From Mobula hypostoma (Eukaryota): DNA of 64,000 bases. Under the pieces are notes generated by a model. The model did not search any database. It was not told the DNA's origin and worked only from the letters and a program-made list of their open reading frames with translations. Of the stretch, positions 13,876 to 27,919 are shown piece after piece. Every line of letters begins with the position of its first letter. Within the stretch, counting starts at the first letter, position 1. The DNA lies in NCBI RefSeq assembly GCF_963921235.1, contig NC_086118.1, positions 12,216,001 through 12,280,000 on the forward strand, read 5' to 3'. A program made the translations under genes and the position numbers.

Positions 13876-14582
13876 TTATACTGCGTTACTCTCACTTTTA
13901 AAGTAAGCCTTTATTCAACTCTTTGGGATAGAGTCTGACTTCGTACGATTGTGTAAAATAGATGACATTAAGCCAGCAGGTTGTTTAATATTCCTCCCAA
14001 CTTTTATTTACATCAATATCCATAAAAGAGCCGTCAACTTACTTGTCACCCATTTTACATGATTCCACAAATCAATATTACCCCCACTGATTCATGTCTG
14101 AACTCCATATGAAGTTTTCCATCATCTCAGCACATATTCACCACCACCCCCCAACTCCCACCCTGTGTGAGGCACCGTGGGGATTAAAACCAGTGTAAAT
14201 GCAGCCTCACTGAAAGCAAATGGTTCAACCTAATATCAGAGAACATATACAGTATACAGCCTAAAATTCTTACTCTTTGCGGACATCCATGAAACAGAAA
14301 AAACCCAAAGAATGAATGACAGAAAATGTTAGAAGCCCACATCCCCCCTCCCCTTCCCATACACAGCAATAACAGAAGCATCAAAACTCCCCCCACTTGG
14401 CTCCAGCGAAACCACCGACCCCAATCCCCACTATGCAAGCAATAGCAAAGCCCCTGAACAGACCATGATCTAGAGTACATCTACAGGCTCTCCCTCACTA
14501 GCCAGGGAGCGAGAGATATTGATTCTGCAACAAATGAGAGTGGGAGACCAGCAGGGAGTATATTAAACAGTGTCATTTCATT

Positions 14583-15150
14583 AGAATCAGAATCAGAATC
14601 AGGTTTAACATCATTGGCACATGTCATCAGAGTTGATGTTTTGTGGCAGCAGTACATTCCAACAGATAATGATAAAAACTGTAAATTGCAATAAAAAGTA
14701 CCTATTAAAAAGAGTATTAAAATAAATATGTAGTGCCAAGAAAAAAGGGGGGAAATGTGTACATGTGTGCATTATCCATTTAGAAATCCCATGGCAGAGC
14801 TGTCCCTGAAACACTGAGTGTGTGGCTTCAGACTCCTTTGATGGTAGCATTGAGAAGATGGTATGTCATGTCTTGGGTGATGGGGGTCCTTAATGATGGA
14901 TGCCACCATTTTGAGGCACCAGCATTGGAAGATGTCCTGGATGCTGGGGAGGCTGGTGCCTATGATGGAGATGACTGAGTGGGCTAAGCACCCATCCTTG
15001 GTGCCCCAGTATTGATTGTTAATGAGAAGGAGATGTTGTTTCCGATTTGCACTGACTGTGGTTTCCTGATGAGGAAGTCAAGGATCCAGTAGCAGAGGGA
15101 AGTACAGGGGCCCAGGTTTTAGAGCTTACTGATTAGACCTGAGGTATGAT
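14583..15150 (-). mobile_element. Rex/Babar LINE fragments
   Basis: (GATTCT)n tail seen as AGAATCAGAATC on +; RT pieces homologous to the 57.9-59.5 kb copy. Confidence 0.7.
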
Positions 15151-15859
15151 TAGCAAACAGTTAAAGGCAACAAGCTTGTTATATGTCACTAAATTTCACA
15201 GAACTTATAAACTAAAATCAAACATTTCCTGAGGAAACAGAGAACCATTAAACACCATTGTTCCATTGACAGCAGATCCCTTTCCAACAATTACTGCCTA
15301 GCTTGGAGCAGTAATAACAACATAGTTATTACCAGGAGAATTCAGTCACAAGAAGATCATCACCCCTCACCCTCTAATCCAACATATTATCTAGGCATGG
15401 GATTACATTTCACCACTAATTTTACAGAATTGGTTTGGGCCGAATTTCAGAACTGAAATCAAACCTATGAGTCATTAGCCCATTGTCATTCTCCCATGGC
15501 CAATTAGGCATGCAAAACCAGGAGGAAACTGAGCCCAGTGAGGAGTTAAAGAAACAAGTGAATATTTAATCCCCAGTTGACAAAATTCACCACTGTAACA
15601 GGGTTTCAAACCAAGTGGGGTGAGGGACTAATTCCATTTGTTTGGATTTTTCCATTATCATCACTTAATACATCCAGCTCTCAGCTCCCAATTCTCAGGT
15701 GATTACATGATGGAATTTAAAGGAAGAGAGGCAACACTTTTGTGTTGGAGTCCGGTGTAGGAATTAAACCCTGATTAACAGATGACATTAGTGTCCTGTA
15801 TATGTAAACGGTCTTCATTCTTCCACAGATCTTTAAAATATATAAAATATTACCCTTGA

Positions 15860-16085
15860 TTATTACGTGAAGGGAGAAACAAGTTCAATATCTCAGATTA
15901 ATTTTATTTTCTCCCCTCCCAGCCTCCCATGAAAGATGTTTTATGTCTAACTTCTCTGATGAAAGGTCATTGACTTGAAACATTAACTCCATACCTTGAT
16001 ACAGATACTGCCCAAGTTGTTGAGATTTTCCAGCCTTTTCTGTTATTTATCAGATTTCCGGCTCGTGCAATCTTGCTTTTGTCTT
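15860..16085 (+). mobile_element. old PLE-terminus remnant (second family)
   Basis: Hammerhead-like core followed by a degenerate GATACTGCC...GATTTTCCAGC...CAGATTTCC tail, like other PLE ends. Confidence 0.5.
15951..15988 (+). ncRNA. degenerate hammerhead motif (variant stem II)
   Basis: CTGATGA (15956-62)-A-AGGTC ATT GACTT-GAAA (15977-80)-CA-TT; stem II still pairs, stem I decayed. Confidence 0.5.
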
Positions 16086-16089
16086 CCAG

Positions 16090-17360
16090 GATTGTTTATT
16101 GTCATACTTAAGTACATGAGTGTAAAGGAGAGCGAAATGAATGTTACTCTGGATCTGATCCAGCATAAAAAACACAATAAGCATAAAGAATACAATTAAA
16201 GAAACAAAAAATACAATAAATATAATTATCAATCCTGTAAAACACAATGTACAATTAACTGTAAAATCCATAGTCTGATGGTATGTATAAAGTGACGCTA
16301 GGGGATGTGTATGTGGAGGTGGGGGGGTGGATTTATTGATGGAGTAGTTGATCAGCCTGATGGCTTGTGGGAAGTAACTGTTTTTGAGTCTACTGGTCCT
16401 GGCATGGATGCTGTGTAGCTTCTTCCCTGATGGGTGTGGGACAAGCTGTCCGTAAGCAGGGTAGGTGGGATCCTCCATGATATTGCTGGCCTTTTTCCCG
16501 CCCTTTTTGGTGCGTTGCCAAGTGGTTAAGGCTTTGGTCTAGTGATCTGAAGGTCACTAGTTTGAGCCTCAGCTGAGGCAGCGTGTTGTGTCCTTGAGCA
16601 AGGCACTTAACCACACAGTGCTCTGCGACGACACTGGTGCCCAGCTGTATCGGCCCTAGTGCCCTTCCCTTGGACAACATCGGTGGCATGGAGAGGGGAG
16701 ACTTGCAGCATGGGCAACTGCCGGTCTTCCATACAACCTCGCCCAGGCCTGCGCCCTAGAAACCTTCCAAGGCGCAAATCCACGGTTTCACGAGACTAAC
16801 GGGTGCCTAATTTGGATATATGAACTTGATGGTGGGTAGACAGGTGCAGATGATGCATTGGGCATTTGGTTCTGTTGTAGAACCCTCCTGTCTGCCACAG
16901 TGCTGTTTCTGTACCACATAGTGATGCAGCATGTTGGAATGGTCGCCACTGCGCCTTTGTAGAAGGTTATGAGTGTTGGTGTGCATATGCCAACACCCTT
17001 CAGCCTCCTCAGAAAGCGGAGGCATTGGTGAGCTTTGGACTGTGGAGGATGTGATCTGGGACCGTGAGAGGTTGTGTGTGATGTGCACTGCCAGGAGTTT
17101 GAAACTGCTTACGATTTCACTGCTGTGCCGCTGATGTGAGTGGTACAGGTTTTTCTGAAATCAATAACAATTTACTTTGTTGACATTGAGGAAGAAGATA
17201 TTTGCCTGGCACCAGACCTTGAGCTCTTAAACTTTTTCTCTGTAAGCCATCTATTCATTGCTGGTAATGAGCCCCAACACTGCCGTGTCATTGGCAAATT
17301 TGACTTTGTGATTGCTCAGGTGTTTGGCCGTGCAGTTGTGTGTGTGCAGAGTGTACAACC
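16090..17360 (-). mobile_element. Rex/Babar LINE fragment interrupted by a SINE
   Basis: Peptide EDPTYPAYGQLVPHPSGKKLHSIHARTSRLKNSYFPQAIRL plus upstream RT pieces. Confidence 0.8.
16509..16810 (+). mobile_element. tRNA-derived SINE with CORE-like domain
   Basis: A-box-like TTGCCAAGTGG, B-box-like AGTTTGAGCC, then GTGTCCTTGAGCAAGGCACTTAACC (CORE/MIR-like); splits the Rex/Babar copy. Confidence 0.8.
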
Positions 17361-17519
17361 CTGGGGGCGGGGAGGAGGAGTTGTGCATCCTGATTGTTCT
17401 TGTGTTCATAGTGGTTGGTTTTTAACTTCTACATTCCCTTTACCATATATTAGACCACTCACTGCACTCCAGCACGCATTCTACATATGCCCGTTGTTAC
17501 CTATCAGCGTTTGAATGCT

Positions 17520-18090
17520 AAAAGACAAGTTTATTGTCAAATGCACATCTGCACAGGTGCAAGGAAAACTTACTGCAACAACACAGGCCTAGTGCTTCAT
17601 ATAAGCAACGTTCACAAGAAAACCATAAATTAAGCACAATTTTTACAAGAAAGAACACAATTAGAACAAAAAAAAGTCCACATTAGTGCAAAGTGATCAT
17701 AGTGGTCACAGTGTAGATCCAGTGATTAGCATTGTGCAGGCTGGTTCAAGAAATGAATGGTTGAAGGAAAATAGCTTTGATTGAACCTGGAGGTGTGAGA
17801 CCAGGCTTCTGTATCTTTTAAACTCAAGAAATTTTGCAGGTGCAAACCAGCACACACAAAATGTAGGAGGATCTCTGCAGGCCAGGCAGCTTGCTTGATG
17901 GTAGCTGTGAGAAAATAGCATGGCTGGAATGGTGGGGCTTGTTGTTGATAGATGTCAGCTTCTTAAGCCAACGCGTCCTGTAGATATCACCGACGATGGG
18001 AAGGGATGTGTCAGCAACATATTGGGTAGAGGCTACTGCCCTGTGCAGCACCTTTCATTCCTGCACTCTTGAATTGCTGTGTGCAACCTG
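17520..18090 (-). mobile_element. Rex/Babar LINE 3' fragment
   Basis: Degenerate peptide GDIYRTRWLKKLTSINNKPHHSSHAIFSQLPS and family 3' UTR. Confidence 0.65.
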
Positions 18091-18164
18091 TCAGGTTACT
18101 CTCCTGACTGACAGAATTTCAAACTTTTCTTTTTAAATTCATTCCTTTCCCTTTATGCTTCTTC

Positions 18165-18500
18165 ATAAGACATAGGAGCAGAATCAGCCCATCAAATTCA
18201 CTCTGCCATTCAATCACGGCTAGTTTATTTTCTCTCTTAACCCCATTCTCCTGCCTCCTCTCCATAACCTTTGATACCCTTACTAATCAAGCACCTATCA
18301 AACACTGCTTTAACCAGAAGCCCCCACGACCATCTGAATTCCACAAGTTCACCACCTTCTGTCTAAATAGTGGATCCCTGGTCCTAAACTCCTGTACTAC
18401 TGGAAACATCCTCTCTTCTCTATCTCAGCCTTTCAATATTTGATAAGTTTCAATGAGATCCTCTTTCATTATTCTAAACTTCAGCGAGTACAAGCCCATC
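18165..18500 (-). mobile_element. CR1 LINE 3' fragment
   Basis: CATAAGACATAGGAGCAGAAT...CCCCATTCTCCTGCC end, homologous to other CR1 3' ends in the window. Confidence 0.75.
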
Positions 18501-20082
18501 TTTATAATTTTATTCTGTCTTTTTCTCTTCTGTTCATGTTTGCTTTAAGGATCTTGTATAAATGTGAGTTGCTAATGTGATATGGCACTGTAAGCGTACG
18601 CTTCTTTGCTTTACAATGCTCACACAAGAGTTGTACCACTTGTTATTCTAAAAACTAAACTAAATATTTATAAAATATGGGACTTAAAGCTTTCTCTCTA
18701 CACAACACAAAGCCTTTATAAATCTTACAATTTCTAGAATTATTTTGCTGGGCCATGTTCATAATTACATTATTCTGCTATTTACACAATTTTTAAAGAA
18801 ACAATTGAAAGCATAACGTAGAAAAGGACACTCTTTATATACTTAACTGTAGTATTATTTGTTGAAATAGTAAGTCTTTTCTGCCTTTCATCAAAGTAAT
18901 TTTCAACTAAACATAATGAATATACAGCATCCTCTGCAAACAGATTAGTGAAGCTCTGAGCAGCTTCACATTTTCAAAGGCCAACTATTGCCAACTAGTG
19001 TTTTAATATTCTAAGTGCACCCTTGTAAGTGCCTGAAAGTATGCTGAGATCAAAAATTCATGTGAATGCCCTCTCCCACAGGCAAGGCAAATGCTTGTGC
19101 GGTCATTAAATCTCTGTCAGATTTTTAAAAAACAGGGCCACTTTATTCCATAGGTTCTGAGTGCATGACTAATTGGAAGTCTGTTGATAGTTTCAATGGA
19201 GTCAATCAGCAAGAGCATCCCTGTCAGTCCTCTGTAAAGATAAGAGGCTGTTCAATGAAGGCTAAAAGGCTGCATTACAAAGAGAGCATCAGGAGCAACA
19301 TTAGAATGAACATTCCCTAACCACAGACCTCCCTTTCATCTGCAAAAGATTCTGTGATGTAAATGTTACAGGAAATTGATTTTTTTAACTTTACATTGGG
19401 ATATCTGAATAGCATTAATGCTTTATGTTGGGATTGCAATATTACATTAAGACTTTACAGCTGGGCATTTAAATTGCATTAACCCTTTACATGAGCTCTT
19501 CTCAATGGTCTGAACCAGTATAATGGAATGGTATTAACTCTTTACAACCAGGACTCACAAAGTCAGTAATCCAGACATTGTTACCATAGAGTACTGGAGA
19601 AACTCTTGTTTTTTGGCAATAATCCTTTTCTAAAAAATCAGGTCACAGGGCTTGAATAGCTGAATGTAGATGAACTGTGAGATCTCACCCTATTTCACTC
19701 TGGGAAGTCGGAACCTCACTTCAGCTTCAGTTTAAGTTTATACCAATGACACTAAGCAGAGCTGCTTCACAGCAGTTCCACAGAATAGTATAAATCCATA
19801 CTGTTTAATATCCACTTAACTACTGGCGTCTGACAACTTGTTTAATGCTGGCTGCTTAGCCAGAGAGTAGAGGTTGAGAACAGACATTGAATAGAATGCA
19901 GTAGTTGCAGAATAGAAAGTGACTTGAACCTTTTCCTTTTCACTTAACCTTGCACTACAGAAATTATTGGATCAAGTTAAGATTGAGCATCCTATTTAAT
20001 CTCTTTAGGGAAGATTTGGGAATAAAATCTCAAAGTCATGCCTCTGACATCTGAGTAACTTGGAATTCATAACCTCGCGTAC

Positions 20083-20123
20083 ATGCACACACACAGACAG
20101 AGACACACACACACACACACACA
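20083..20123. repeat. (CA)n microsatellite
   Basis: Visible CA run. Confidence 0.9.
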
Positions 20124-20864
20124 CCCCTTCAAACTACTGATAACAGTTGTTTCTATATTGTGTTTGCTCTCCAAATCTGACCTGCCTGTATATACTTTTT
20201 TTTTACAATACTCCAGTGTTCCAAAGCAAAATTTTTATAACACACTCCAGTTGGCGCTGTAATTTATTCATTGGCAGGAACTGGAAGTCACCATTTAGTG
20301 TTCACTCCTTATTGCCCTTGATAAGTCGATTGTGAGGTTTTTCCTGAACAACTGTTATGAAGGATGTGATGACAGTGGGTCACAGTATTTTTAGGTAGGG
20401 TTGTGATTTAATAATATGTGGGTAAGTTACCTCTTTAAAGAGAAAGTTGTCTTTGCTCACAGCATTAAACTCAATTGAGAACACCAGTACTCATCTCCAG
20501 TTCCTTTCTGATAATGTTGATGACAGTCAGAGGTGAATTATTCTGCCCTTTCCATGTTGCATTTTCACTTCATTAAATTTTCAGTCCTCTAAGTTGTTGT
20601 CACTCACCAATAGCGTGTGGCTGCATCGACTTAAGTGATGACATTTTTTCCAGAAGTCAGATTCTTCTCTATCCCAAGTCTCTCCCCTCTTCCACAATGA
20701 TGAATCTTACCAAAACTCCAATCAGGTTTAATCATTGACAGAACACGGACTCTTTTCTCCAACTTGGACAAGCATTCTTTGATATTTTCTGCATCAATCA
20801 ATTCTCCTTGCAACTAGTAGATTGAGAAAATTGTGAGCTGCCCACAAAATATTGTTTGCGCCAT

Positions 20865-22190
20865 TTTTTTAAGACTCCTGCCATCCAGGCCATGCTCTCT
20901 TCTTGCTAGTAGCACTGAGCAGGCAGTACAGGAAACTTAGGTCCCACAGCACCAGTTTCAGCAAACAGTTATTACTCTGCAACTATTATGCTCCTGAGCC
21001 AGTGTGGAAACTTCATTCACCATTACACTGAACTGATTCTACAACATACAGACTTGTTTTCAAAGACTCTTTACAACTCATGTCCTTAGTATTTTATTAT
21101 ACTTTATACTTATACTTTATTGTCGCCAAACAATTGATACTAGAATGTACAATCATCACAGCAATATTTGATTCTGTGCTTCCCACTTCCTGGAGTACAA
21201 ATCAATAGTAAATATTAAAAATTTAAATTATAAATCATAAATAGAAAATAGAAAATGGAAAATAAGGTAGTGCAAAAAAACCGAGAGGCAGGTCCAGATA
21301 CTTGGAGGGTATGTTCCAGATCCGGGTCAGGATCCGTTCAGCAGTCTTATCACAGTTGGAAAGAAGCTGTTCCCAAATCTGGCCGTATGAGTCTTCAAGC
21401 TCCTGAGCCTTCTCCCGGAGGGAAGAGGGATGAAAAGTGTGTTGGCTGGGTGGGTCGTGTCCTTGATTATCCTAGCAGCACTGCTCCGACAGTGTGCGGT
21501 GTAAAGTGAGTCCAAGGACAGAAGATTGGTTAGTGTGATGTGCTGCGCCGTGTTCACGATCTTCTACAGCTTCTTCCAGTCTTGGACAGGACAACTTCCA
21601 TAACAGGTTGTGATGCACCCTAGAAAAATGCTTTCTACAGTGCATCTATGAAAATTAGTGAGGGTTTTAGGGCACAGGCCAAATTTCTTTAGTTTTCTCA
21701 GGAAGTAAAGGCGCTGGTGGGCCTTCTTGGCAGTGAACTCTACTTGGTTGGTCCAAGTCAGGTCATTTGTGATATTGACCCCGAGGAACTTAAAGCTTTT
21801 GACCTGTTCCACTTGTGCACCACCGATGTAAATTGGGTTGTGCGGTCCGCTACTCCTTCTGAAGTCAACAACCAATTCCTTCGTCTTGCTGACGTTGAAG
21901 GATAAGTTATTGTCTTCGCACAATGCCACCAGGTTCTTATTTTCCTCTCTGTACCCGAGATATGACCTACAATTGTTCTGTCATCAGCAAACTTATACAT
22001 TGAGTTTGATGGAAACCTGGCTACACAATCATTATTTGCTCAGTTTGTCTTCTTTTGCACATTGGTTGTTTGTTAGTCTTTGTATATGTATAATTTTTTG
22101 TAAAATTCAATTGTATTTTTCCCAGTAAACACCTGTAATAAAATGAATTTCAAGGTAGTATGATCATAAATTTACTTAGAAGTTTGAACT
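20865..22190 (+). mobile_element. Rex/Babar 3' end (20865-21100 and 22030-22190) split by an opposite-strand LINE
   Basis: The two halves are colinear with the 10950-11350 copy. Confidence 0.7.
21100..22030 (-). mobile_element. Rex/Babar LINE, 5'-truncated
   Basis: YKFADD, SKTKELVVDFRR, KKAHQRLYFLRKLKKF, FGNSFFPTVIRLLN; (AAAGTAT)n tail. Confidence 0.9.
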
Positions 22191-24529
22191 ACGATCCCTG
22201 TATTTTCGGTCTCTGGCTCTCTGTGATCATTCAGCAGTGAACTCCAGCAAAAATATGGAAGCATTATGTGCACTTTCTAACAAAGGTCTGCTTCATGCTG
22301 CGGATGCAGTGCACACTCCTGAAGATTGGGACACCTGCCTGGTTGTCCATCATGTCATCTTATCTAATTGTCTTTGCATTTCCTGCGTAGCCATCAAGGT
22401 AGAGCATTGCACTACCTCAATGCAGTGTTGTAGTGAATCACTCTGGACGAATAGTATGCAAGACAAGTTGTTTCATTGTACGCAGGGCAAAAATAAAACA
22501 ATTTACCACTTACCAACTTTGAAAAGGCTGTTCCCATAACTTTACATCATTGGTGCCTATCTTTGAAGGTCTGATATTAAGCAGGGCTGAGAGTCAGGTC
22601 ACCAGGTTATCAGGTGAATGGTGAGCCATCCAAACCTTGCAGATTTTTCAACATCAGTCTCATCCTACTGAGATGTATCTGTAGCTTGCTAACACATATC
22701 AGAATGTTAGGTGATGGGAATTCTAAATCAGAGGAATAGCTCCAACTGCTTGGACAAATAGTTGGTTGGCTACACATTTCTGTTGTTGTGTAGGGATGCT
22801 GGGGTGGGAAAGTAGGGTCTGGGAATTGTCACAAGAGAGGGAGAACCATAGGAATAAAGAAACTTGCCTTCACTCATTTGGCTGCGCACACTGTTCAACA
22901 GAGATTGGCCTGGGAGGGATATCTTGGTAGCTTGCAACTCTCTGGCTTTAGATCGTAACCCATGTGTAGGCAGCTAAATCAGTGCAGGGGAGTCCTGGAG
23001 ACCACTTTCATTGCACTGTATTATCTGTTGTTGGGCAGAGTTTAAAATTGGAATTGAGCTATCTGGCTCAGCCGCACCTTCCACCTCCCTTACTGAGAGT
23101 TGCCCAAATCATCTTTAGCTCCAAGATTAATGGCAAACATCTTTGCAAAGGGAATAAATAGTACCGGTTCCCATGCACTCAATGTGCACCACCCACAGTA
23201 ACTTCAGTGAGTACTCTTGGTCAATTCAGACGGGCAAGTTCAAAGTGTTGGGGGTTTGACCATAAAATGACCTTTGATCTGCTGTCAGTTTTGAATCTGC
23301 TACTGAGCCATGAACTTTTAACAAGTTGTCACTTCTCTTATGATGAAAGGCTGTACTTTGTACTCATAAGATGTTCTTGAGGTCCTGAACAGGATTCAAA
23401 ACAAAACAGCAAAATACTGAACAATGATGAGGATAAAGAACCACAGCTGATCTCTGGGGAAGAAATATATTAAGGGATTTTGCCATTCAAGGAGAGAATC
23501 AATTAACATGTTTAGTGGAGGCATTTTGCTCAGAGCAAGAGACCTAGGGGAGCAACATTCACCTGCAGCGTTAACATTCTGTCCAGCTTACCACCTATGA
23601 TTCAAACCTTGACTATTTGCATAATTGTTTCCAGTTAAGTAAAAGATTGATTTGACATTGGTAACTTATCATTGCTTGTAGGTTGATGTTAATATTCTTC
23701 AGGCGTACTGCAACAAGCATCTGGTTAGCAAAAATATTGGCTGTATCTTCTTTAATTTATTCCAACCATATGTCGTGCGTAGGAAGAAGAGCTGAGCATT
23801 GAAGCTGGGAGGATAGAAAAAATGCTGGACCTGGTTTCTGGGCGCAGACTTGGCACGGTACCGTCAGTGCCTGCCCAACCAATGGGCCCACGTGGAGATC
23901 TGGTGTTTGGATTTTATCCGTGCATACACTTTCAACTCTGGTTGTTGATCCCCAGCAACTTTCCCGGGCAAAGCTTCCTGTCCTTGTTTTCATTTCTAAA
24001 AATATGCTCTATTCATAATATGTAGAATAAATACAATCATGATAAGTCTTCCTCTACATTTGTTGCACCAACAATTCAATGGCCCTTGCTGAGCCCTTAG
24101 GGGAGCAAGCATTAGGGCAACTTACTCAAGGAGGAGGGGTGCGGAGGAATGATCGATCACTAGTCCTTTAGATCAGAGCACACAACCCTCTTCCTCCAGC
24201 TCAACAGGAATGATTTTTGTTATTAAAAATATTCATAACTGACCTTTGTTACAGACTTCAGGGGTTTAGAATAATTTCATTCTTCAGTGGAAAAATCTCT
24301 TCTCAGTTATATTTTCAAGGATCGGATGCTGCCTGCAGCTGTCCACTAAGAGTGTTTCATTAGAAAGAACTAGAATATTTAATACTAAGGACCTGCTGAA
24401 GAGGGCATGAAGCCACCTTCCTCATGGTTTATTGTAATGTTTGAGCTCTTTTAATCAGATAACTTCAACCTCTGCCTTATTTTTTAGTTATTTCTGTATT
24501 TTATGATCATTTATATTTTCTTACTCCAT

Positions 24530-24830
24530 TGTAGGCCTTTCAGTCATTTCAGGCTACGCTGGCTCTCAGACAAACCCAGATGCCCACTGACTTCCCTGGA
24601 ACCTAGTCTCTCTTATGTGCCTATCAATACCTGCCCTACTCACATCCAGTTCTCTTAACTGCCCTGGACACACTGTTACTTACTGTGGACATTTAACCTA
24701 CCGGCACACCTCTGGAGCATCTGTGGAAAACCCACCCGGTTCAAGGGAGGAGGTGCAAGTTCCACAAAGACAGCAGCCGAGTTCAGGATCGAACATCAGT
24801 CACTGGAGGTTGAGGCTGCTGCACCATGTT
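24530..24830 (-). mobile_element. V-SINE (HE1-like) remnant
   Basis: GGAAAACCCACCCGGTTCAAGGGAGGAGGTGCAAGTTCCACAAAGACAGC...GGATCGAAC reads as the reverse complement of a tRNA head plus V domain. Confidence 0.6.
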
Positions 24831-27114
24831 GGCCTGGACAGGCATTGGTATACCATAAAATCTTGGGTATCTCTCATGTTACAGACTGGTGTGCTCTTGT
24901 AGCTGGTGGACAGAGGGGCAGAACTGAGGGATCTCAATGGAAGGGGTGGGCTGAGGAAATATCTGACAAATGGACTAACTCAACCAGCTTTCAATTAACT
25001 GGATAACTGAGCTCTGACTGTAAATCACATGATAAACTGCCACCATCACACAGACATAGAAGTCCTCGACTTGCTAAGCTAGAAAGTCTAATGGGGATTG
25101 TAATATTTAATGCATTAAGTGGTAGTCTTTTGAACCAAATGTCGATCACCAAAAGCAAAGGGCAAAGCCATGCATACACTGTAACGCTGGCCTTTGCATG
25201 TACGATGCATGTGCAAAGAGGACACAGCCCCCTTGGTCAGGGGCCAATGTGCAATTCTGTTCTTGTGTACTGTACATGCAGATCAAATCACTGCTCAGTG
25301 TGTTCAAGTAGTAGAAGGCAAAACAATAACAGAGAGCAGAATGATGCATCACGACTGCAGTTTATTCTGCATTCTGTTATTGTTTTACCACAATGCATTA
25401 TGCAATGACCTGTATGCGCATCATGCAAGACAAGGTTTTCACAGCACCTCGGTACAGATGGCAATAATAAACTAATTCCACTCCCAATCAGTTCCAACTG
25501 ATGTTGTGTTAGTAACATGCAGTGGGCAGACCTGCTTTGCTAGCAATGTTGCACTTAATGTTGGAGAAGGAGCCAGCCAGAGAGTGGAGGACTGCTCCCA
25601 TATTAGAAGAATTTGGTTTTACTTGGGTTTCCTGTGGTGGTGGGGTAGTGTGATGGGCGGGGCGGGGGTAGGGCGGGGATGGGTGGAAGCAGTGGGGCAG
25701 CACCTGAGGCCTTTAATGGTAATCCTGATGTCATCCTTCTCCAAGGTAAAACTGTTTTTACAGTCAGATATATAGCACAAAAACAGGCTCTTTTGACCAC
25801 CGTGTCCAGGCCAAACATCCGTTACTTGTCTACACCAATAAAACACAGAACAGTACAGCACAGAAACAGACTCTTCAATCCACCTTGTCTCTGCCAATCA
25901 TCCATTACCTTGTTCACACCAATAGAACACAGAACAGTTCAGCACAGGATCACACCCTGCAGCCCACAATGTAGTGCTGAACCAATGTTACTTACTAGAC
26001 TTCTATGCCTTTGCAATTCACCTGCTTGGCTTAGTTGGTGGGAGGCCTTAACCATGATGATCCCATATTGTTGGCTTGAAGCCTCATCAATCATTGGGGA
26101 TAAGTGGAGGCCATCAGCACTTACCACTAATCAAGAAAACATCTGTCCCAAAGCAGAGCTGCTACTTAATGAACAACTTCTGTTCCTGTAGGATTATACA
26201 CAAAAAGGTCAGGATCTGGAATTCATCTGAGCACAAACCTTCACAAAGTGTGTGTGCATAATGGATTGGATTGATCAGAACCAACAATTTGAGAATCCAG
26301 GAGATGCAGTAGTAAGTGTGCAAGCACGGCAAAGTAACTTAAACCTAATCTATTATCATAAAACAAACTGCAATAAACCATGCAAAATACCACTCAGCAA
26401 GTCACAAAGATTTCTGAGCTCATGATTCTTAGTCAACACTCGATTGCCGCTGTCGGAGGAACTCCAATTTCTGACTCGCTTGTGAAACCAACCCTTGATC
26501 CTGGACACCAGTCGCGATTCCCAGTCCCAGCTGAAGTCCAAGGAGAATCTCAAAAAAGCAGGTCAAGTTTCACTAGCACAGTCATCGAGAGACAAACATG
26601 CTCTTTGATCTTTTGTTCTCGTGTCTTCATGGTGAGACACAACATTCCTGGGCTTACAACACATATTAAAGGTTTACACAAATAAGCGATAAACCCAAAT
26701 CCACACAGACACTCACATTTTTATGGTTACTAATTTTTATTTCATTTTACTCATGTCTTGACACATCCAGTCACAGTACATTCCTTGGGCTTTCAAAGTA
26801 CATTAAAGTTTACATATAAACTACAAGTCTGGATGACAACAATCAAATCATTTCACAGACATACTCAGTGTTTAACAGAGTTCACATGCTTCAAATATCA
26901 GAAAGAGTTTAGTTGTCATTTGACCTGACAGATATTCATTCTATGTTTTACAAAACTTAATATGCAAGTTTTTGGGAATATTAATCTCTTTCAGCCATTG
27001 ATTTTATTACAAGTCTACTGTACAGAATAATTTCTAGGTTATTGTACCTAATGCACTGAATGATGGACAGATAACATGAAATTTTAACTTTAATATTTAA
27101 GAGATTGGGATGGG

Positions 27115-27330
27115 ATTTAGAATCAGAAATGTGTCATTTTACTAGCATACTGTATGCCATGAAATTTGTTGTTTTGTGGTAGTACTACATTACAATACAT
27201 AACAATAAAATTATAAATTACAATAAGAAGTATATATATCAAAAAGAAAATTAAATGGTCCCAAAAGAGAGGAAACATAAAATACAGAGGCACGAGTTCA
27301 TGGGTTCATTGTCCTCTGAGAAATCTGATG
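27115..27330 (-). mobile_element. Rex/Babar 3' UTR fragment
   Basis: Homologous to 14583-14800 and 48025-48260. Confidence 0.65.
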
Positions 27331-27519
27331 GCGGATAGCAGCTTAGTGACTTGGTGGAGAGTGCTTTGATTCCTAGGCTACCTATAGATCCATATTTCTC
27401 TACTTTAATTAACAATTGATAACCTACAAGACTGTAGATGAGCTACTTTCACCATAAGGGGTAGCAATACAGAGTGCCAGTCCTGAGGAAAGTCAGATTG
27501 GGCATCGTGTTATCTAAGA

Positions 27520-27695
27520 CAGAAAACAAGCTGCTAGTGGAACTCAGGGGTCAGGTATCATCTATGGAAGAAACTGGACAGTCAGTGTTTGGGCTCAGGC
27601 TTCTCTCCATTTCCTTCCACAGATGCTGCCGGATCCAATGACTTCCTCCAGCAATTTTTTTTTTTTTGCTCCGTATTTCAGCTTCTGCAGTATTG
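27520..27695. mobile_element. old hairpin-type PLE-terminus derivative
   Basis: GGAACTCAGGGGTCAGGTATCATCTATGGAAG...CTTCCACAGATGCTGCC...CTTCCTCCAGCA degenerate inverted arms. Confidence 0.65.
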
Positions 27696-27919
27696 TATTT
27701 TCATAGTAATTATGACACCCAGCTTAACGTAGCTGCCCATGAAATTTATCAGGGATCCAACAGTGGAACTAGGGCCCTCAGGATTGCAGAATCCTGAAAA
27801 GGTGCACCATGTGATGGCCATCACCACATTCATGGGCCCATTGCTGCAGGGTGAACCATATCCTGGTTCAGTGAGGCTGCATCTTTTCCCCAGTTCATTA
27901 GTCAGAGTATGGTCACAGT

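Noticed and set aside
16509..16580. tRNA-like sequence (also 44024-44090)
   Set aside because: A/B boxes run directly into SINE bodies; no complete cloverleaf
25679..26685. 170-aa and 101-aa plus-strand ORFs
   Set aside because: The first crosses two CR1 3'-tail remnants (25820-25990); neither has recognisable domains or convincing splice signals
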